A DNA stretch of 64,000 nucleotides from Takakia lepidozioides (GCA_030704615.1 CM060731.1:38378001-38442000); one strand, 5' to 3'; positions 1-14,433 are shown, counted from the stretch's first letter. Made by a program: numbers and translations. The notes: generated by a model from the sequence alone, not told the origin.

Positions 1-2635
1 CCAGAGCCATCAAGCTTCCTTCTTTGGTGGCTAAGTTCATTACAGTTTCTATTTTTGAGGAACAGTTGGATGTGATTTGTCATATTGTAGAGGGGCAGGT
101 CATTACAAAGCTAATTGCCCCAGCATGAAGCGGGAGTCGATCGAACCGTAGATTTATATTCCTGCTTCCTCGTCTCCTCTGCCCCTTCCTTCCTTCCCCC
201 TTAGTAACTCTGGCCATTCATAATCAAGCTGTGCTTTCTATGTAGCCAGTTGGGCTTGTCCCATCCCTCCTACTTGTTTGCACTACTCACCCTTCTCACC
301 CATTTGATCAAATGTACAACAACGTTAATACTTAGCATCTCATTTTCTGAAAATCAGGGTGTGTTGTATTCCTGCTTCTTTGTATAACTAGTGACTCTCG
401 TGTATATATCATGACATTACTCTCAGTTGGATATGTATAAGAAACAAGCATGATGTTTCCCTAAGTCATAGACTGCCCAATAGATCATTTATGGTGCACT
501 CCCTGTGGAAGCCTTGTAACGTACTTACCTCGTCAACTGCACTACCTTGACGATGTGGACACGCTGATGGCCGCAGCGTACCGCTGGTTGATAGGGAATT
601 CGACGAACTGCCAAGATTTGATGCGGACACCGAATGGAGTACGAAACTGGCAAGACGTGGTAGTCAAAGCAAAACAATCGTAACTCACTCAAGCTGGATC
701 AGCGACCAGAGGAAACAACTGCAAGTGGCACGACACCTGGGAGTTCGACGCATATGTCCACAACGAGAAGAGCTTTTGGGCACACCTTGGCCAGTGGGGA
801 ATAACCTGGTGCAATCTAGAAAGTAGCTGGCAAGGTTGTCGCCAAGTTCACTTTCTATCAGAATACTTACGAGCGCGCAATGCATGCCCCAGCTCACTGC
901 CGGGAAGTATTATGTTCCTTGTCAACTGCCACTCTCTGCATTCGTCTCTATAGATACGAACTTGTTGCAAGTTGGAGACCCTCAACCAAAAACCAGGAAA
1001 CCCAGCAGGCAAGCCAAAATGGATAGTGCGTAAAAAGTAAAAAGCCGGGACAACACAGCTTTCATCAGGCGCAGGCATGCCTGAAAGGAGGAGATCCTTT
1101 ACAGCATGCCTGGATAAGACCCTCTTATCTTGGCCAAGGCGCTACCCATTTTGCCTAGCTCGCCGGCCTTCCTGTCTTTCTGAAAACCCCAGCCCTCCAT
1201 GGCAAGCTACATGAAGGTGCAGGTGTAGCCAGTTGACGCACCCCACAAGAAGCACAATCGACCAGCTCAACAAAGGTAGTAAGAACTTCGGGCGGTAGCG
1301 TGAGGAAGCTAGCCTACTAGTCTTGAACACCTCAAGCACTGGTGCGTTCCCGCTTTATAGCAAATGCAACTGGAAATGGGACGCAAGATACAACTGGGCC
1401 CCGCTCCAGAAATCATACCGGCCACCAAACCCCGGAGACTTCATTGACTTTCCTCGGGAAAGCATCGGACACATTCCCTATCCCACGTGGAGAAGTCCGT
1501 GCTCAACAAAAGGCTGGACTTGTCATATTTCATTGTGGTAGCGGCAAACATGCATCCAGCAAAGCAAAGGCCGAGCTACCGACTGGGCTACCCTACAGGA
1601 GGAATACTGAAAAGAGCACAATCAGGCACCAGACCCACACCCACCGAGCAAAGAGACAAGACGGTGATTGGACATGGGAAGTTGGCGCACTGCACAACCT
1701 GTGCAGCTATTGATGAGCACTACTCTGATCACATGTCTCTGCCAAGTTCATGCCCACCAGTCCAGAAGATCCTCGCGAAGATGAGTGCTTCCATGAGGAT
1801 GGTTTCAGCTCAGCACCGCGCATTCAAGTGGGGTCTGTTATAAAGAAAGGAACAATCCACCTTGTCAATTATAATGCAGGGTTGACCATGAGCCTCTGGT
1901 TAGGAGCAAGGCCAACATCCTTTGTCAACTTAAATTGTTTGACAATGTTTTCTTAAGCTTACATGTACAGAAGTGTGTGCTACATTTCCACATTCATTTC
2001 TGCTCACTTGCAACTTCAGAAAAGGGAAGACACTGAATTAGTTGAAGGGCTAGTTGAAGGGCCTCTGTACTATGTTTGTTACAGGGGCTTTCCAGACGGT
2101 TGGAAAGCATCAACTCCACAAGTACTTGAAAGTAGGCCCAGCTTTTCTTGCATTTCAATTCTATCTCAACTTTTGGTGATAGTGGGTCTAACCATGACCT
2201 TAAATACTTACCTGTGATGCAGTTGAGATTAACCATTGGCTGAATGGAGCTTCAATTTAAGATCATAAAAAGCATGCAATACATAGTTGAAGGGCCAAAT
2301 CTGACATGGTCTGCAACCATATTTACTGCGGTCCTGACTATTGCAACTGCCCTACGCAGACTCCCCAAATTCCGGCCACCACACCATCTCAAAGAGCTCA
2401 GTAAACTTTCAAATCTTTCTTGGCAATCTGTTTCTTACAGTTTAACAGCTCTCTGGGATGCTGCATATTTCAATGCCTTTGCGATATGACCCTGACGCTG
2501 ATGAGTCCAGAACCCAGACGTGAAATATGCTACAGGAATAGTGTGCAGAGTGGGTGGGTAGAGCCGAGTCCCCTCTCAACCCTGCCAGTTCTCTTCAATG
2601 TAAACTTCGTTCAAATCAAGAAGGCCCATCCCACC

Positions 2636-4646
2636 CTATGGTACCATCAGACGTTCTTTAATTAGGCTGGCTACACGGTCAGCTTCCACAGTCACTGCCA
2701 CTTTTACTGCAGGTTTATTGCACCATTCTGTTACCTGACTCCACCTGCATATCACCAAAATTATGCTCTGATACATCACAGTTCAGTCAAAAAGCATGTA
2801 ACAAACATATAGGACATGAAAACGGGGGTAAAGAAAGGTGAGAGGAAAATCTTGCAGTCAATTTTGCTATGGGAAAGACATACAATTTACTTGTGTTGTT
2901 GCAGACAGTAAGACCCCAACAGATGCCCTCTTGCTGCACTCTTACCACCCCCTCTACGAATGTCATAAGGGAGGGGTCGATTGCTGCCACCATGGTTGTG
3001 GGATCATGCAGATAGATTGCTGCAGAGGGCATTGAACACACGATCAGCATCAAGTAGCCTGAGTAGACTGGCCAATTCAGTCATGGAACGATTCGCACAC
3101 ACAACTCCGACAACCTCCTTAGACACCAGATGCCATCTGACAACCTTTCAGAGCAAGAATTTCCTGTAGGATTGGACCCAGAGATCAATGAAGAACAGCC
3201 ACAGATTAACAGGTGGAAGAGTTGGTTACCATCAATATTATATGAGCTGCGATGATAGTCAGCATAAAATCGGGATACATCATACAGATACTTGCTGTAT
3301 TTACCATTTGCTTTTCCCAAGTCTTCCAAGTCCTTCCCTTCACAGACAGAGGCAAAGAACACAATCTTACACCTTACACTGATGAGAAAGAGGGGAGAGA
3401 GGAGAGAGGAATGCGAGACGAGTATGGTCTACCATGCAGCAAGCTCCTCTGAGAATGAAGGATGGCAATTCTGTGATTCATTTAAAAAAGTTATGGGGAC
3501 ATCCCCTATAATGCATTTACTTAGTTGCTAGCTGGTTGAATAGGCTGTCTAAGTTGACCTTCCCCAGCCTTCAGCACTGTCTCAAGCCTCTCCAACTTTG
3601 GTGCAGTAGCTATCTTCTGAATGTGTGTGTGAGAGAGATACGCACCTGTCCAAACGACTTGGTGGGTAATATTGATCCCTATGACCAGGATGTCAGCCCC
3701 ACATGTGAACACAATGTCTGCAGCTTCAGGGTCCCCAAATACCTACACAAATGCTTAACCACTGCAACTTCAACAAAGAGATAAGTGTTTTATATTGATC
3801 AAAATTTAAGGAGAAACATGAAGGCTTCAGAAAAAATTGGTAACAAGAAACAAGCACTGCACTGACTCTGCTTACTACACATCGACATCACCATCGAAAT
3901 AGTAAACACCCATGAAGATGATTAGTGCGAAAGGGGTACAAGCTCTTGGCCTCGGTCTAGATTTAAGAATGCACTCGAAATAGTACTAAACCACGGAACT
4001 TCGAAAGTTCGACCCCCTTCTGCCCCAAACTCAGCCCGAGTGGCAATTGCATTCACTTCATATACAGAACTTATCAGGTGCCACAAGGAAGTCGACCAGA
4101 CACAGATATGTAGAGATGCAATAGATTGCTGTTCATTTGCACAGAAACAAGATTTGCTATTCAGGCCTCAAATCAGACATGTTTCGAGTCTCTTTCATAG
4201 GACAGAATAAACATCCACCTCCCATTTCTTGCAAATTCAGACATGTATACTTGGGCACATGCAAACAAAATGTCCATCATATCAAACTGAACTTTACCAG
4301 GAACTGTACAGGTTTTCAGAGTAAGAGAATCATACATTTGCTTCTGCGGCCGGATTGACATTGCCATTGACAGAGAAAGCACCCCCCAAAATTACAATTT
4401 GCCCCACTTTCTTTGCAAATGTTGGATCTGATTCCACTGCCTGAACATCCAGCAACCACATTGGTGCTTATAAGGGTAAACATCTCTCCTGCAACATCAG
4501 TTGTTTTGGCCATCCAGCACATGTAATGTATCTCTCTCTCTCTCTACCAATGTCAGCCCCTGAGGTAGGTTCTGTCCCTTTTGTTTCCGCTCAAACTGGG
4601 CGCGGGGTCAATGGCCACAAGGCTACGGCAAACAATGTCTTATGAG

Positions 4647-4695
<49 letters not shown>

Positions 4696-7600
4696 GGAAA
4701 TTGTCTGATGAAAATGAAGTTAGGCAGAAAACTTCCCTGAACTTGTTTCCAGTCTGTGCCATGGGGGAGGCCATCATGGATGACCTCAAGGGTTTAGAGA
4801 GGAAAAGGGATTGTAAGTGCCCGTTCTGTGGGCAACCTGAGGATATCCACTTCCTGATTCCTTGTCCTGGCTACTCTCACCAGAGAGACACCCTCTTCAA
4901 TTCCATCAAGGGAATTGTTCCCGTACCTCTGTTTCCCAACTTCGAAAATCTCAAGGCTGAGCCAAAAGCCCAGGGCCCTTTTGGGGTCTAGTTATTGGGC
5001 AAATCACACACAGCAGATTGGTGTTTGTGTGAAGGGATTTCTAGAGGATATCTGGAAAGCTCAGATCAATTGCATATCAATGGCCAGAAGGCCACGGCAA
5101 ACAATGTCTTATGAGTACATTCTCTCTCCTGGTTGTTCTACTTCTCCCTTGGTCCATTTGGGCTCCCTGAATATTTTTTTGTGAAGTTAGAATGGAGAAC
5201 TTGTTGGTCGAGATGATAGTCCGTGGTGATATCACTAGTATTCGGCCTGAACAAATACTTCTTATTGTTGGGGATCCTGCAGCTCGGTGTTTTCTATAAT
5301 CAGGAGATGGAGCGGAGATTGGCCAGGTATAGGGTTTATGAGGCTTACAACCAGAGATTTTACGACACGACACAGTTCTTGGTGAGGAAGTACAGAGAAG
5401 TATACCAGCCTACCTTGGCAACATTCGTGAGGGGTCCCAGTGCTACAACAGTGACCTTGCCAGGGTATTGGTTTACTTTTTCTATCAGAAAATCAGGTGC
5501 AAATGTGTCAATTGCTTTCTTCTTTGGTGTGGAAGGGTTGGTGTTTCCAAGCCCATCAGAACCATGTACAAAGTCTGCAATGCGCTCCTTCGCAACCCCC
5601 TGCTTTCCCACCCACCATGTCATGAAATTTTTCTTCTGTATGTAAATCGATGATTGGAGGAACAAGTCCGAGCTATCTCATCTACAAGCGATATGCTTAT
5701 ATCCCAGTCAGGCAACAGTGGTAACAAGGCTACGGCAGCAAATACATGTGATCAAACTTATCTAGCTTGTCCTGATTCTAGATGACACACGCTAGAAAAG
5801 TTCTTAAGAGACATCATGGCAAGATTGATGTTGAAGATGAAATTGCCTAACAAGTTCACTCTCTCCTCCCAATTCCCTCCTGGTGATATATACACCATAC
5901 GAAATTAGCATCAAGAAAGGTATGAAAAATGCATACCCTGAGAGATGTGAGCAAACCTTGTGCCACAGGAACATCTTCTCTGCCAGCCAGCTCACACTAT
6001 AAGACAAACAAGTGCACACCCATATATGTGTGTGAGAAAGTTGCTTGCCATAGCAATGTGGCCATGGACCCAATGCCCCGTTGGACAAGTGCAAAAGGGG
6101 CACTGATGGAGGGAGGAGTGGCTGCAACTACCTTCACAGAAGGCTTGCTTGGTAAGCTGATTAGTCCCTTCTTATTTTTCACTAAAGTTCTTCACAGTGG
6201 CATCAATTTGATGAGACCATACACCCCAGGATGCCAGAGGGTCGCCATTCACCATTTCTCCTCCTGAATTTAGCAAAAGGAGGTGCAGTGACAGCTTTCT
6301 TGATACTTTGAAGATGACTCTTGTTCATAAGAACACACAGAAAATGCCTCAGAAAATATACACAGTCCTTACAAACCTGTCCATAGATTGGGGAAAACGG
6401 GATTCCTTTTTCCAGGTGGTTCAAATTACAGTGCACAGGTAGGTAGCCCACTGCTAGTGTGAACTTCAGGCTAGTGAAAACGCCCATCAGGTACTCCTTG
6501 AGTCCCAGTTGTCATCCAAGGCTTTGAAGAGGTTTGCACTGGATTCATGCTGGGCTTCAGCTCTTTCATTTTATATCAACATTCCTCCACAGCCCTTATC
6601 TTTGCCCTTGTTGTCATTACTTTAGACAGAACAAAGAAGAAAAAAACAATTATACGTCCACATGAGGCCATGGTAGACAGTGGAACAATGGAACAATACA
6701 CTAGAGAAACAGAGAGAATTGGAGGTTGGGAACCTCCTGGAGCAAAACCCTCATGGATACAGTCTGAGGGTGCACATAATGTGAGTGTGCATGGTTTGCC
6801 AGGGCATATGCCCGCAATTGAACATGCCTTAGAAATCACAAAACAGCCTCCCTCTTTCATGCTTCTTTTTTCACATGCCTCCTTAGCATCCTATGTGACC
6901 TCCCCCCACACAACTACCAAACAAACGTTTGGTCCGAGAAGGATAGGAAGAGAACCAGATGGAGTGCATTGTAAGTTGCCATGGTTGTGCGCACATTTCC
7001 AAATGTCGTGGTGAGGCCTATCACATCCAATTCCGGTGACTGAAAAGCAAACAAAATTGCCATGGCATCATCTGCACCCATGGCCACACAAAGATCTCAG
7101 TGCTGGAAAGTACTGTGCGGAATTTTTGTAGTACTCTTTCCCCTTACCCCCTGCAGGATGGAGCATGAATCAACTAATCAGTCAATGAGAGGATCACCTA
7201 ACACAAGGTTTATAGCCCATTCATACATCCTGATTTGTATCTTTCAGAGCCAGTGCACTGCTAAGACGAAACACCCCAACAATACAAGGTCTGGACATAC
7301 CACGATGCACTTCTGGACAGAATTTCTGCATAAATCTTTGCCAATCAGGCATTGTTTGCTGGCTGTTCCACAAGAATTACCCACCATTAAGAAAACCCAC
7401 TCAAAATCACACTGTTCCAACTTGATAAATCGACGGTGTTGTTCGCTTTAATGGATTTGATCCACGATTAAAATTTCAAGATCTCCTATTGATAGGTCAA
7501 CAGTTACCCAACACTGAGACGGAACCATACGGGTGACGGCATCGGGTACTGTCTGTTTAATGATGTACAGTAAGAATATGGCTAAAAAACATCCTGCTGC

Positions 7601-7997
7601 TGCTCAGTCACTCCCCACCCCACCCCACAAACCACAATTTTGCTTGCTAAGAGCAATCCAAATATCATTCCGTGTGCTTACGAAGCTTCTCTTGCGAATT
7701 TTCAAACGCCTAGGAATTGCAATGCATGAACCATTCAGCTGCAATTGATCAACCGCCATGAGATGAGGGTGCCCAGTTGGACGTCCCAAAGTACAGGAAG
7801 TCTCTATGCTTTCTTTTCAGTCACTTTTCACCTGATTCGGCCGCATTCTACTGAAACACCCAAAGCTCTAACACAGAACCTGAGTGATTAAGACGCTGAG
7901 CGCGAGCTATCAGAGAGCATCACACAGTAGGTAGGGAGGGCGTACCAATGCCAGGATCGGTGTCAATGATCACCTTCTTTCGAGAAATGGGAGCCAT
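2636..7997 (-). CDS. URH2: Nucleoside hydrolase, NSH2/URH2 (purine-riboside-preferring) subclass; 9 exons: 7997-7946, 7071-6956, 5996-5937, 5599-5414, 4440-4336, 3742-3646, 3337-3230, 3019-2884, 2744-2636
   Basis: Spliced translation with GT-AG introns and matching phases: MAPISRKKVIIDTDPGI/DDAMAILFAFQSPELDVIGLTTTFGNV.../CELAGREDVPVAQG.../ADFVHGSDGLGN...VTVVALGPLTNVAK/...GNVNPAAEAN/VFGDPEAAD.../FYADYHRSSYNID/AIYLHDP.../EWCNKPAVKVAVTVEADRVASLIKERL. Has the DTDPGIDD Ca-binding motif. The Tyr in SSYNID and the C-terminal KPxVKVAVTV match the URH2-type subclass. Confidence 0.92.
4550..5127 (+). mobile_element. 3' fragments of a non-LTR retrotransposon (family B) around a (TC)n microsatellite, in an NSH2 intron
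   Basis: Remnant C-terminal zinc knuckle CKCPFCGQPEDIHFLIPCPG. A closely similar, longer copy lies at about 33875-34440. Ends in ...ACGGCAAACAATGTCTTATGAGTACA followed by TCTC. Confidence 0.7.
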
Positions 7998-8618
7998 ATC
8001 TGCTGCAATTTGCGCCTCTGCCAGCGACCGAAGAGACAGGAACGAAAGTATTTGTTGGAAACACGGCCTAACTTGAAACCCAATTCTCGAATCCGGGGGA
8101 GATTTCTCTCAGAACTCGGTGACAACTTCAGACAGACGAGAGTGCGAGAGACTGGATTCCAGGGAGAGAATGGACAATGGACCGAGAAGGGTCGAAAAGT
8201 TGCTTTGCACGCAAATGTTTTTCTAATACTAATGTTCTTCCGAGTCCCTATCGCCTTCCTCCCCTGTTACATAAGCATGATGCATGCAGCTGCTCTCGGA
8301 CCTTTGAACAGGCTAACAACTATACTTGATCTATAGAGGTCACCTGTATGTGTTTCGGGATGTCCACTAACTTATACCTAGAGGAGACATGAGGAAGAAG
8401 AGAAGATTTTTGTGACTTGTATGTAACCTGGAGTCAGCATTTGCGGAGGCAGATGCTTCCTGGTTTCTCAAATGGACTCGTAGGTAAGGTAATGGGTGTT
8501 GGTGTGGTATCACATAGCAGCCTGGTAGAGTACCACAGGTTTCATAAAATGTTCATACCAGTCTGGTATATATAATGGCCCATGTATTTTGTCTAGATAA
8601 GGCTACCGTGCTTACTAA

Positions 8619-9370
8619 GGGCCCTGCCCCACCTGCAATTAGGCACCCAATAGTTAGTGTCATTTCAGCTAACTATTGGGTTTAGGTGCCCCACTTACAG
8701 ATATACTAACTAGCACTCCTAATAGTTAGTGCACCTCACTAACTGAGATAGAGTAGTTTGGCGTAAAAGTTAACGGGTCTGAAATAGGTTCTTTAAGCTA
8801 ACAGGTGCACGTCCTCTCCACGGTGGCTTGCCATTTCCTTGACCGTGAGAAAGAGTGTTTCAAGGATCGTGGAGTATCGCGAGAGTGTACGGTCGCGGAG
8901 GAGCGTGGAGTGGAGGCTGGTTGGCGAGCTTCATCTACATGCAAGAAAGAGCAGAATGCGCAGTGAAGAAAGTGCACCCTAATCAAAGACTGTGCAGATT
9001 TCTCCTCAAATCTGCGTGTGAACCAGTGAATCTCAAGGCAATGCGGAGGTAGAAAGCTGCAACATAACATAGGATTCAAGGGCCCTGCTAGTTGTCTTGC
9101 TATATTGCAGGAAGTCTGCCTCTACCGTTTGTGGCATCTGCGCAGCACAAGGCTTGCGTGGAAATATTGCTCTACGTGGCTGAGAATCGCCGTACAAACA
9201 GGGCACTAACTGAAATCTTGGGGGGGCACCAGCATACTTAAGTTCTTCAGTTAGTGATTCTATTATTAGTGTTAACTGTGAGTAGGGCACCAAATTGAGT
9301 TAAGACTAACTGAGCACCTAATAGTGAGACACTAACTATTGGGTGCCTAACTGCAGGTGCGGCAGGGCCT
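8619..9370. mobile_element. Tourist/PIF-Harbinger-like MITE
   Basis: About 43-bp imperfect TIRs GGCCCTGCC(C/G)CACCTGCA(A/G)TTAGGCACCCAATAGTTAGTGTC at both ends, with subterminal TAGTTAGT/ACTAACT motifs. Flanked by TAA and TTA (TSD imperfect). No coding capacity. Confidence 0.7.
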
Positions 9371-9574
9371 TACCGGTGTTGGACTGGTATCACGAAAATA
9401 TGATACCAGACTGGTCATGGTATCACAAGGGCCCACATTTCATTTTCCAATACTGGTGTGGTCCCGATATTGGGGTAAGGGGCCGGATAGGGTAATAGGG
9501 TATAGGAGGGGTATCAATATTTGTTTTTTTCATTTCTTGTTTCTTTTCTTTTTTGCAGAACAGCCTTGGACAGA

Positions 9575-10720
9575 GGCCTTGGTTAATTTATTAAAAGCAA
9601 GGAAAAAATAACCTTACAAGAGCCATGAAAGCAGAGAATCAAGGCATCACTCATATCCATTAGTTCAAAAATAGAAGAGGAGACTAGAAAAGAAACCAGA
9701 AGAGAAGCACAAAGTACTGCACTAAAGGAGAGAGAGATCTGAAACCTAAGAGAGGATTTGAAGCACTACAGTCCTTTTGGGGGCATCAAAGGAAAGATGA
9801 ACCTTTGATTTACCCTTCCTAAGACTACGTGGCTCATGTCTCCAATTTGTGATCTCCGCGTCAACTACTTCCAGAGGTGAAAGCCTGGCATCAACTAAGC
9901 TCTCAACAGGCTAGGAATTCACTTTCCAGATGGCTTTGGAGTCAGAGACTCTCCTGCAGAAGATGTCTTTCTTTCTAGGAATTGTCGAATGCAGCAAGAA
10001 GTTGGGTCCCGCCTCCTACAACCACATTTTGCCAAAGCTGCCACAAGAACATCCCACAATTTCCAAGCTTTAGACAGGAGGTCTGAGTGAGCTTCTGTAG
10101 ACAGGGCAAGGAATCTTGTAAGAGAACAGAACATCTCATTTTCCAAATATGCCACAAGATAAATGCTTCTAAGAAACTCCCAGAAAGGGCAAGAGCATAA
10201 GGCACTGCCTTGATTAGAATTAAGAAGGCTAGAGGATCCGAAATGATGGCCCCCACTTGGACAATTATGTTAGCAACTCTCCATAGACAGGCATAATTTT
10301 TAGAGGGTCTATGCTTCCGCCAAATATCTGCCCACACATGTTTCCAAGAAACCGGATGACCAGGGATATGGGCCCACTTCTTGGTCTACTTCTGATCAAA
10401 GCTTTGTTTAGGCATAAGCAAAGAATAGCCAAGCTTAGTCAAGCCAAGCCAAGAATAGCCAAGTGATCGTGGTTCTTATTCATCCATGACCACTCTCTAG
10501 GGTCAAACTGGAGCAAGCTTATAGGAGCATAAAGGAACCAACAGAAGGAATCAAGTAGTGATGCAGTTCATCAAGAGGGGTGGGGTTTGCTTTACCAGAG
10601 TTGTAATAGTAAACCCTAATTTCAAAGTAGCCAGTGCAGTCCAACAGAGACACTGGCTTTGGATTGGTGGAAAAACCAATTTAATTACTATGTTATTGCA
10701 TATCTGAATGAAAGCCAAGT
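9575..10720 (-). mobile_element. Degenerate L1-like LINE 3' (zf-RVT-region) fragment
   Basis: Broken Trp-rich frames (KWAHIPGHPVSWKHVWADIWRK...CLWRVAN, FILWHIWKMRC) typical of the plant L1 ORF2 C-terminus. Confidence 0.55.
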
Positions 10721-10814
10721 GGTTTTTCCACTAAAACCTGAATGATCAACAAGTTGCAGAATCTGCTACTTTGAATCTCCCTTGCAATCATGGTATTGGT
10801 TTGGCTGTTTGCAC

Positions 10815-11350
10815 CAGTGTTGGACTGGTATTGTATTTTGAACACACCAGGCTGGTACTGGTATATAGGCCTCTCGCCAATTGTGATACCATGGAGGTAC
10901 TGGTATTGGCAAAAATCTATGATTCGGATACCATGTGGGTATCAATAATACCTGATTGGTGTGGTGTTTTACGGGCATCAATAACAAGAGTTTTTAGAAA
11001 TCGATACCAGAGTATTATCAATACTGGTCTGGTATCAAAAAATCTCATGATATGTTAAATATTGAAAAATCCACTTCTCATATAAATGTGTACAAGCATG
11101 ATTTCATTCATCAAAGTATTCCTCAAGTTCCTCAAAGTATTGATACCAGGTTTTCCTTACAAAAATGGATCTGGTACTGGTATTAGGTACCAAACTGGTA
11201 GGGTATCGTCCATAATATTAGGAAAAAAATACCAGGCCAATACTGGTATATGATATGGACTGAGGTGATACCAGACTGGTCTGGTACTTCATACTAGTAT
11301 ACATACCAATATTGATACCAGTTTCTTATCAGTATACCAGTCCAGCACTG
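10815..11350. mobile_element. hAT-family non-autonomous element (536 bp)
   Basis: TIRs CAGTG(T/C)TGGACTGGTAT. Exact 8-bp TSD GTTTGCAC at 10807-10814 and 11351-11358. Interior rich in TGGTAT/ATACCA motifs. Confidence 0.9.
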
Positions 11351-11359
11351 GTTTGCACC

Positions 11360-12345
11360 TAGATAGATCGGGTTTCCAAGAGGTTGAATATACTTGAAGC
11401 AAATAACCAAAACCTTTGTAGGCTTTGTTCTTTTGCACATTAAAGCAAAGTCCCAAGAGCTGATTTTTGCGCCTGGAAGTAGCATATAAGGTTTTTTTTG
11501 TCGCGCAGCTCATTTCGGTAAACTCCCATTCACATCATAGTTACTCGCTTTGATGCGCGCGCCTAACTCCTAAACCAGCCGCTAGGCCAACTCGGAGCTT
11601 CGACTGCTCACCGGGGCATAACGGTCCCCCTCACTCCCACTCGACCCTCGAGCTGCTGGGCTTGGTGGAAATTCCCTTTGGTAGATGGCAGTCCGGAATA
11701 GCTCCCCACACCTTGGTCGCTTTCCGGTTCACATGTTTACTCACTAGTTTTTGGTCACCAATGGGCCTGCACCGTTCTCGGGGTTACTGTTCCCTATATA
11801 TACTTCTGTAGGTGTCCGCGGGGGTTCCACAAGTACCACAGTCCAAATTTGGTGCACCGCCACTTAGACCCTCGATCATCCCAGTGGTGGCCGCGATGAG
11901 TCTTGGCCCCTTCCCCACGGCCCTAATGGACCGTGTTGAGTCCCAAGACTCCTCACGACTCCCACCACAAGGCCTCAGCCCCATGGTGAATCCTATGCCA
12001 CCCCCACTACGACTCCCTAAGCTACCACCACCCCTCGTGGAGCCCCCACCACCGCCATCCTGTTGCGGGGCTCCACCTAGTGAGCGCCTCCGCCTCCTTG
12101 AGTGCCTTCGACACTCAAGGGTGCTTCAGCCCCCTTTCCTATTTGTTGCCATTGCCCCCACCATAGGGACAACCCCTCTTGTGTTCCGACCCCCCGCCCT
12201 CAAGACAAAGGGCCGCGATATTTTTGCTCCACTCTGCTGTTCAGATAGGAATATTAAATTGGTTGCGCTGGTAGTAGGTGATCCAACCAGAAGGGGGCCG
12301 GGAGACTGCCAACGATCTGATTCCAGCCCAAAGAAACTCTCCTAG
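11360..12345 (-). mobile_element. Probable degenerate L1 5'/ORF1-like remnant
   Basis: Gly/Arg-rich low-complexity frame followed by a broken frame (...KGFGYLL...). Same strand as, and upstream of, the L1 fragment at 9.6-10.7 kb. Confidence 0.3.
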
Positions 12346-12349
12346 ATGA

Positions 12350-13802
12350 AAGCTCGATGAAAGGTAGCAGTAACACTGGCTGGAGAAATTACATTACCAG
12401 AATCAAAGTCCCAAAAATGCAACATGTGGGAGAGATGGCATGCTGCCTCCTAATAAGCCCATCTTTTGCTACAAAGAACTAGGTCCTTAAAGTCGCGGTT
12501 AAATTTTCCAAATAAATGGTGCCTTATAACTTCATCAAATGAGGAAGGCTTGCCAGTCTAGAAGAGGAACCCTCACATTTTGCACCAAGACGTCCAGATG
12601 GACTACCACGCTTTAGATCCAACCCTAGGTTTGTCATTTAGGCTCCCACCTTGCACTGTCCATCTCAAAGAAGCAAGCCATAGAGGGCTAGTCTTTGGAG
12701 TTGCATCGGTCAGATATATCTGACAATTCTGCTCCAAGGACTAGCGAATTGTGTAAACATACTGAGGGGATTGGATTTTGACCTCTATTTCTGTTATTTG
12801 ATATATCTACATAGATATTATAATTTTACTGCTCTATAGGCATAATTATTAGCCAGGGTTGACTGTAATAGGTAGGTGGTAGTGAAGGCTCTCCTCCCCA
12901 CTCCCTCCCTTTATTGAATTACTTGGTTGAATTTTGCTTTAATCAATTGTCCTGTTGGGCATGCCTGAGAGCACTTACACTTTGCAATCTTTGGAAAGCC
13001 AGGTGCTCATGGGTTCATGAGGGTAAACCCCCCATCATCGGATCGGCGTTATTGAACATTTTCCTTGATCTGATGATGACTGAGGGGAAAAAGGCTTGGG
13101 TCTCTGTTTGTGCAGCTCTTCCCCGAGCTTCGAATCATCACCGGGCCCAATTGCTCAAGGAATTTGATATCACTTGGGGCAAGAGCAGCCTGCTCTTCGC
13201 CTGTCTTTCCAACACACGGGTGCAATGGAAAAACACCGTCCCCGCGCAATGGAAAATCTCCATTGGAAAGGGAGGAAGGGGATTTCAACTGGCGCCACAA
13301 ACGATCTAAGTTCCGAAGCTCAAAATGCAGCTCAAGTTTTGAATCAAGTCTTGAATCTAGTTATGTTCCTGTTTGTTTGGCTCTATTCTCGAGCCTGCTA
13401 TTAGTCTCGGGAAACTTCCCTCTAGTTTTGTCTGGTAGTTTCTTGGATGGACTCCCAGGTTACGCCCTCTGGTTTGTGGCTCTTCGTCTTTCTGCCTCCT
13501 TAGGACTCATGGATCCATAATTCCGGATTCTTGTATGCCCTCTTTCATCTCGGCCTTGCAGGTCTTACTTAGTCCAATCTCCTCCTCCCTCCCTCTCTCT
13601 CCCCCCTTTCATCTCTCCTTTGAGTGTAGCTTCTGGTTATGGAGTAGTTTCACCTCCGTAAGCCTTCATGGCCTTAGAGGAGGTTTTTTCCACCCGGACT
13701 TCCAAATTTTATAATTCCGGACGTTTTAATTCCCTATGATATAAAGTTTCGCGAGGCCACCGTCCCTCATTCTTTTACATTAAAAAAAAAAAAAAAAAAA
13801 AA
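12350..13802 (+). mobile_element. 5'-truncated L1-like LINE with poly(A) tail
   Basis: Broken Trp-rich ORF2 C-terminal frames (LCNLWKARCSWVHEG), a pyrimidine-rich 3' UTR, and a poly(A) run at 13782-13802. Confidence 0.6.
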
Positions 13803-14079
13803 GTCTTACCTATACCTACACATCTAGTATAATCCTAATTTTCTTTGCTTATGTTTTTTGTAAGGGAGAACCGGTTGGAGGCACTGGAAGTCGCAAGGCG
13901 TCAAAGGTACGGTAACAGCCACAACCATCGGAAGTTGGAGGCTGCAAAGATCGTCATTAGGAGGATCAAGAGGGCGCCTCTGACTAAGAGGTACCTTATC
14001 ACTGCCTCTTGAATTTGATATTCTTGGACTTTGATCATTGTTAATTGTTGTGCAAGCACCATGCCACATTCCAATATTA

Positions 14080-14433
14080 ACCATGTTCTCTAAGGTCAAC
14101 AAAGACCAACATCTAAAGAAGGTTTGGAAACAAGGTGAAGAGTTAGGCCCAATGGACAAGAAGGGGTTGACTGCGGAGCCTACAAAGCAGAGAGTAGGAC
14201 GCCCACACATTATTAGAGAATCAGCTCAGCAGGCACCATTGGCTTATCCATTTTCATCTCGGTCTAGACTTGAAAAACAAGCTCAACCTGAAGTTCTCCT
14301 TGAAACCACTCAGGGATCTACCTTAGAACAAAGTTGCAAGTGCAAAGCAAGAGGAACATATACCAATTGGTTTAGGTCAAAGACATGGCCACAGATTGCA
14401 GCTGCAATGAAGCAGCACAATTTTTTTTATTGA
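14080..14433 (+). pseudogene. Possible DNA-transposase N-terminal fragment
   Basis: KQRVGRPH...TYTNWFRSKTWPQIAAAMKQH resembles transposase-associated ORFs. Family not established. Confidence 0.3.

Noticed and set aside
500-1900. Possible decayed retroelement (gag or tyrosine-recombinase-like fragments)
   Set aside because: Composition looks coding-like, but no motif is convincing enough to call by eye. A tBLASTx search would be needed.
4630-4652. CTTATGAG in the micro-element resembling a hammerhead ribozyme core (CTGATGAG)
   Set aside because: The core is mismatched at an invariant position, and no GAAA or three-stem arrangement was found.
5600-6955. Apparent loss of exon 3 in the NSH2-like gene, and exon-like pieces in its introns
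   Set aside because: Exon 3 is present at 5996-5937 (CELAGREDVPVAQGLLTSLR). The other pieces contain stops and have no recognisable homology.
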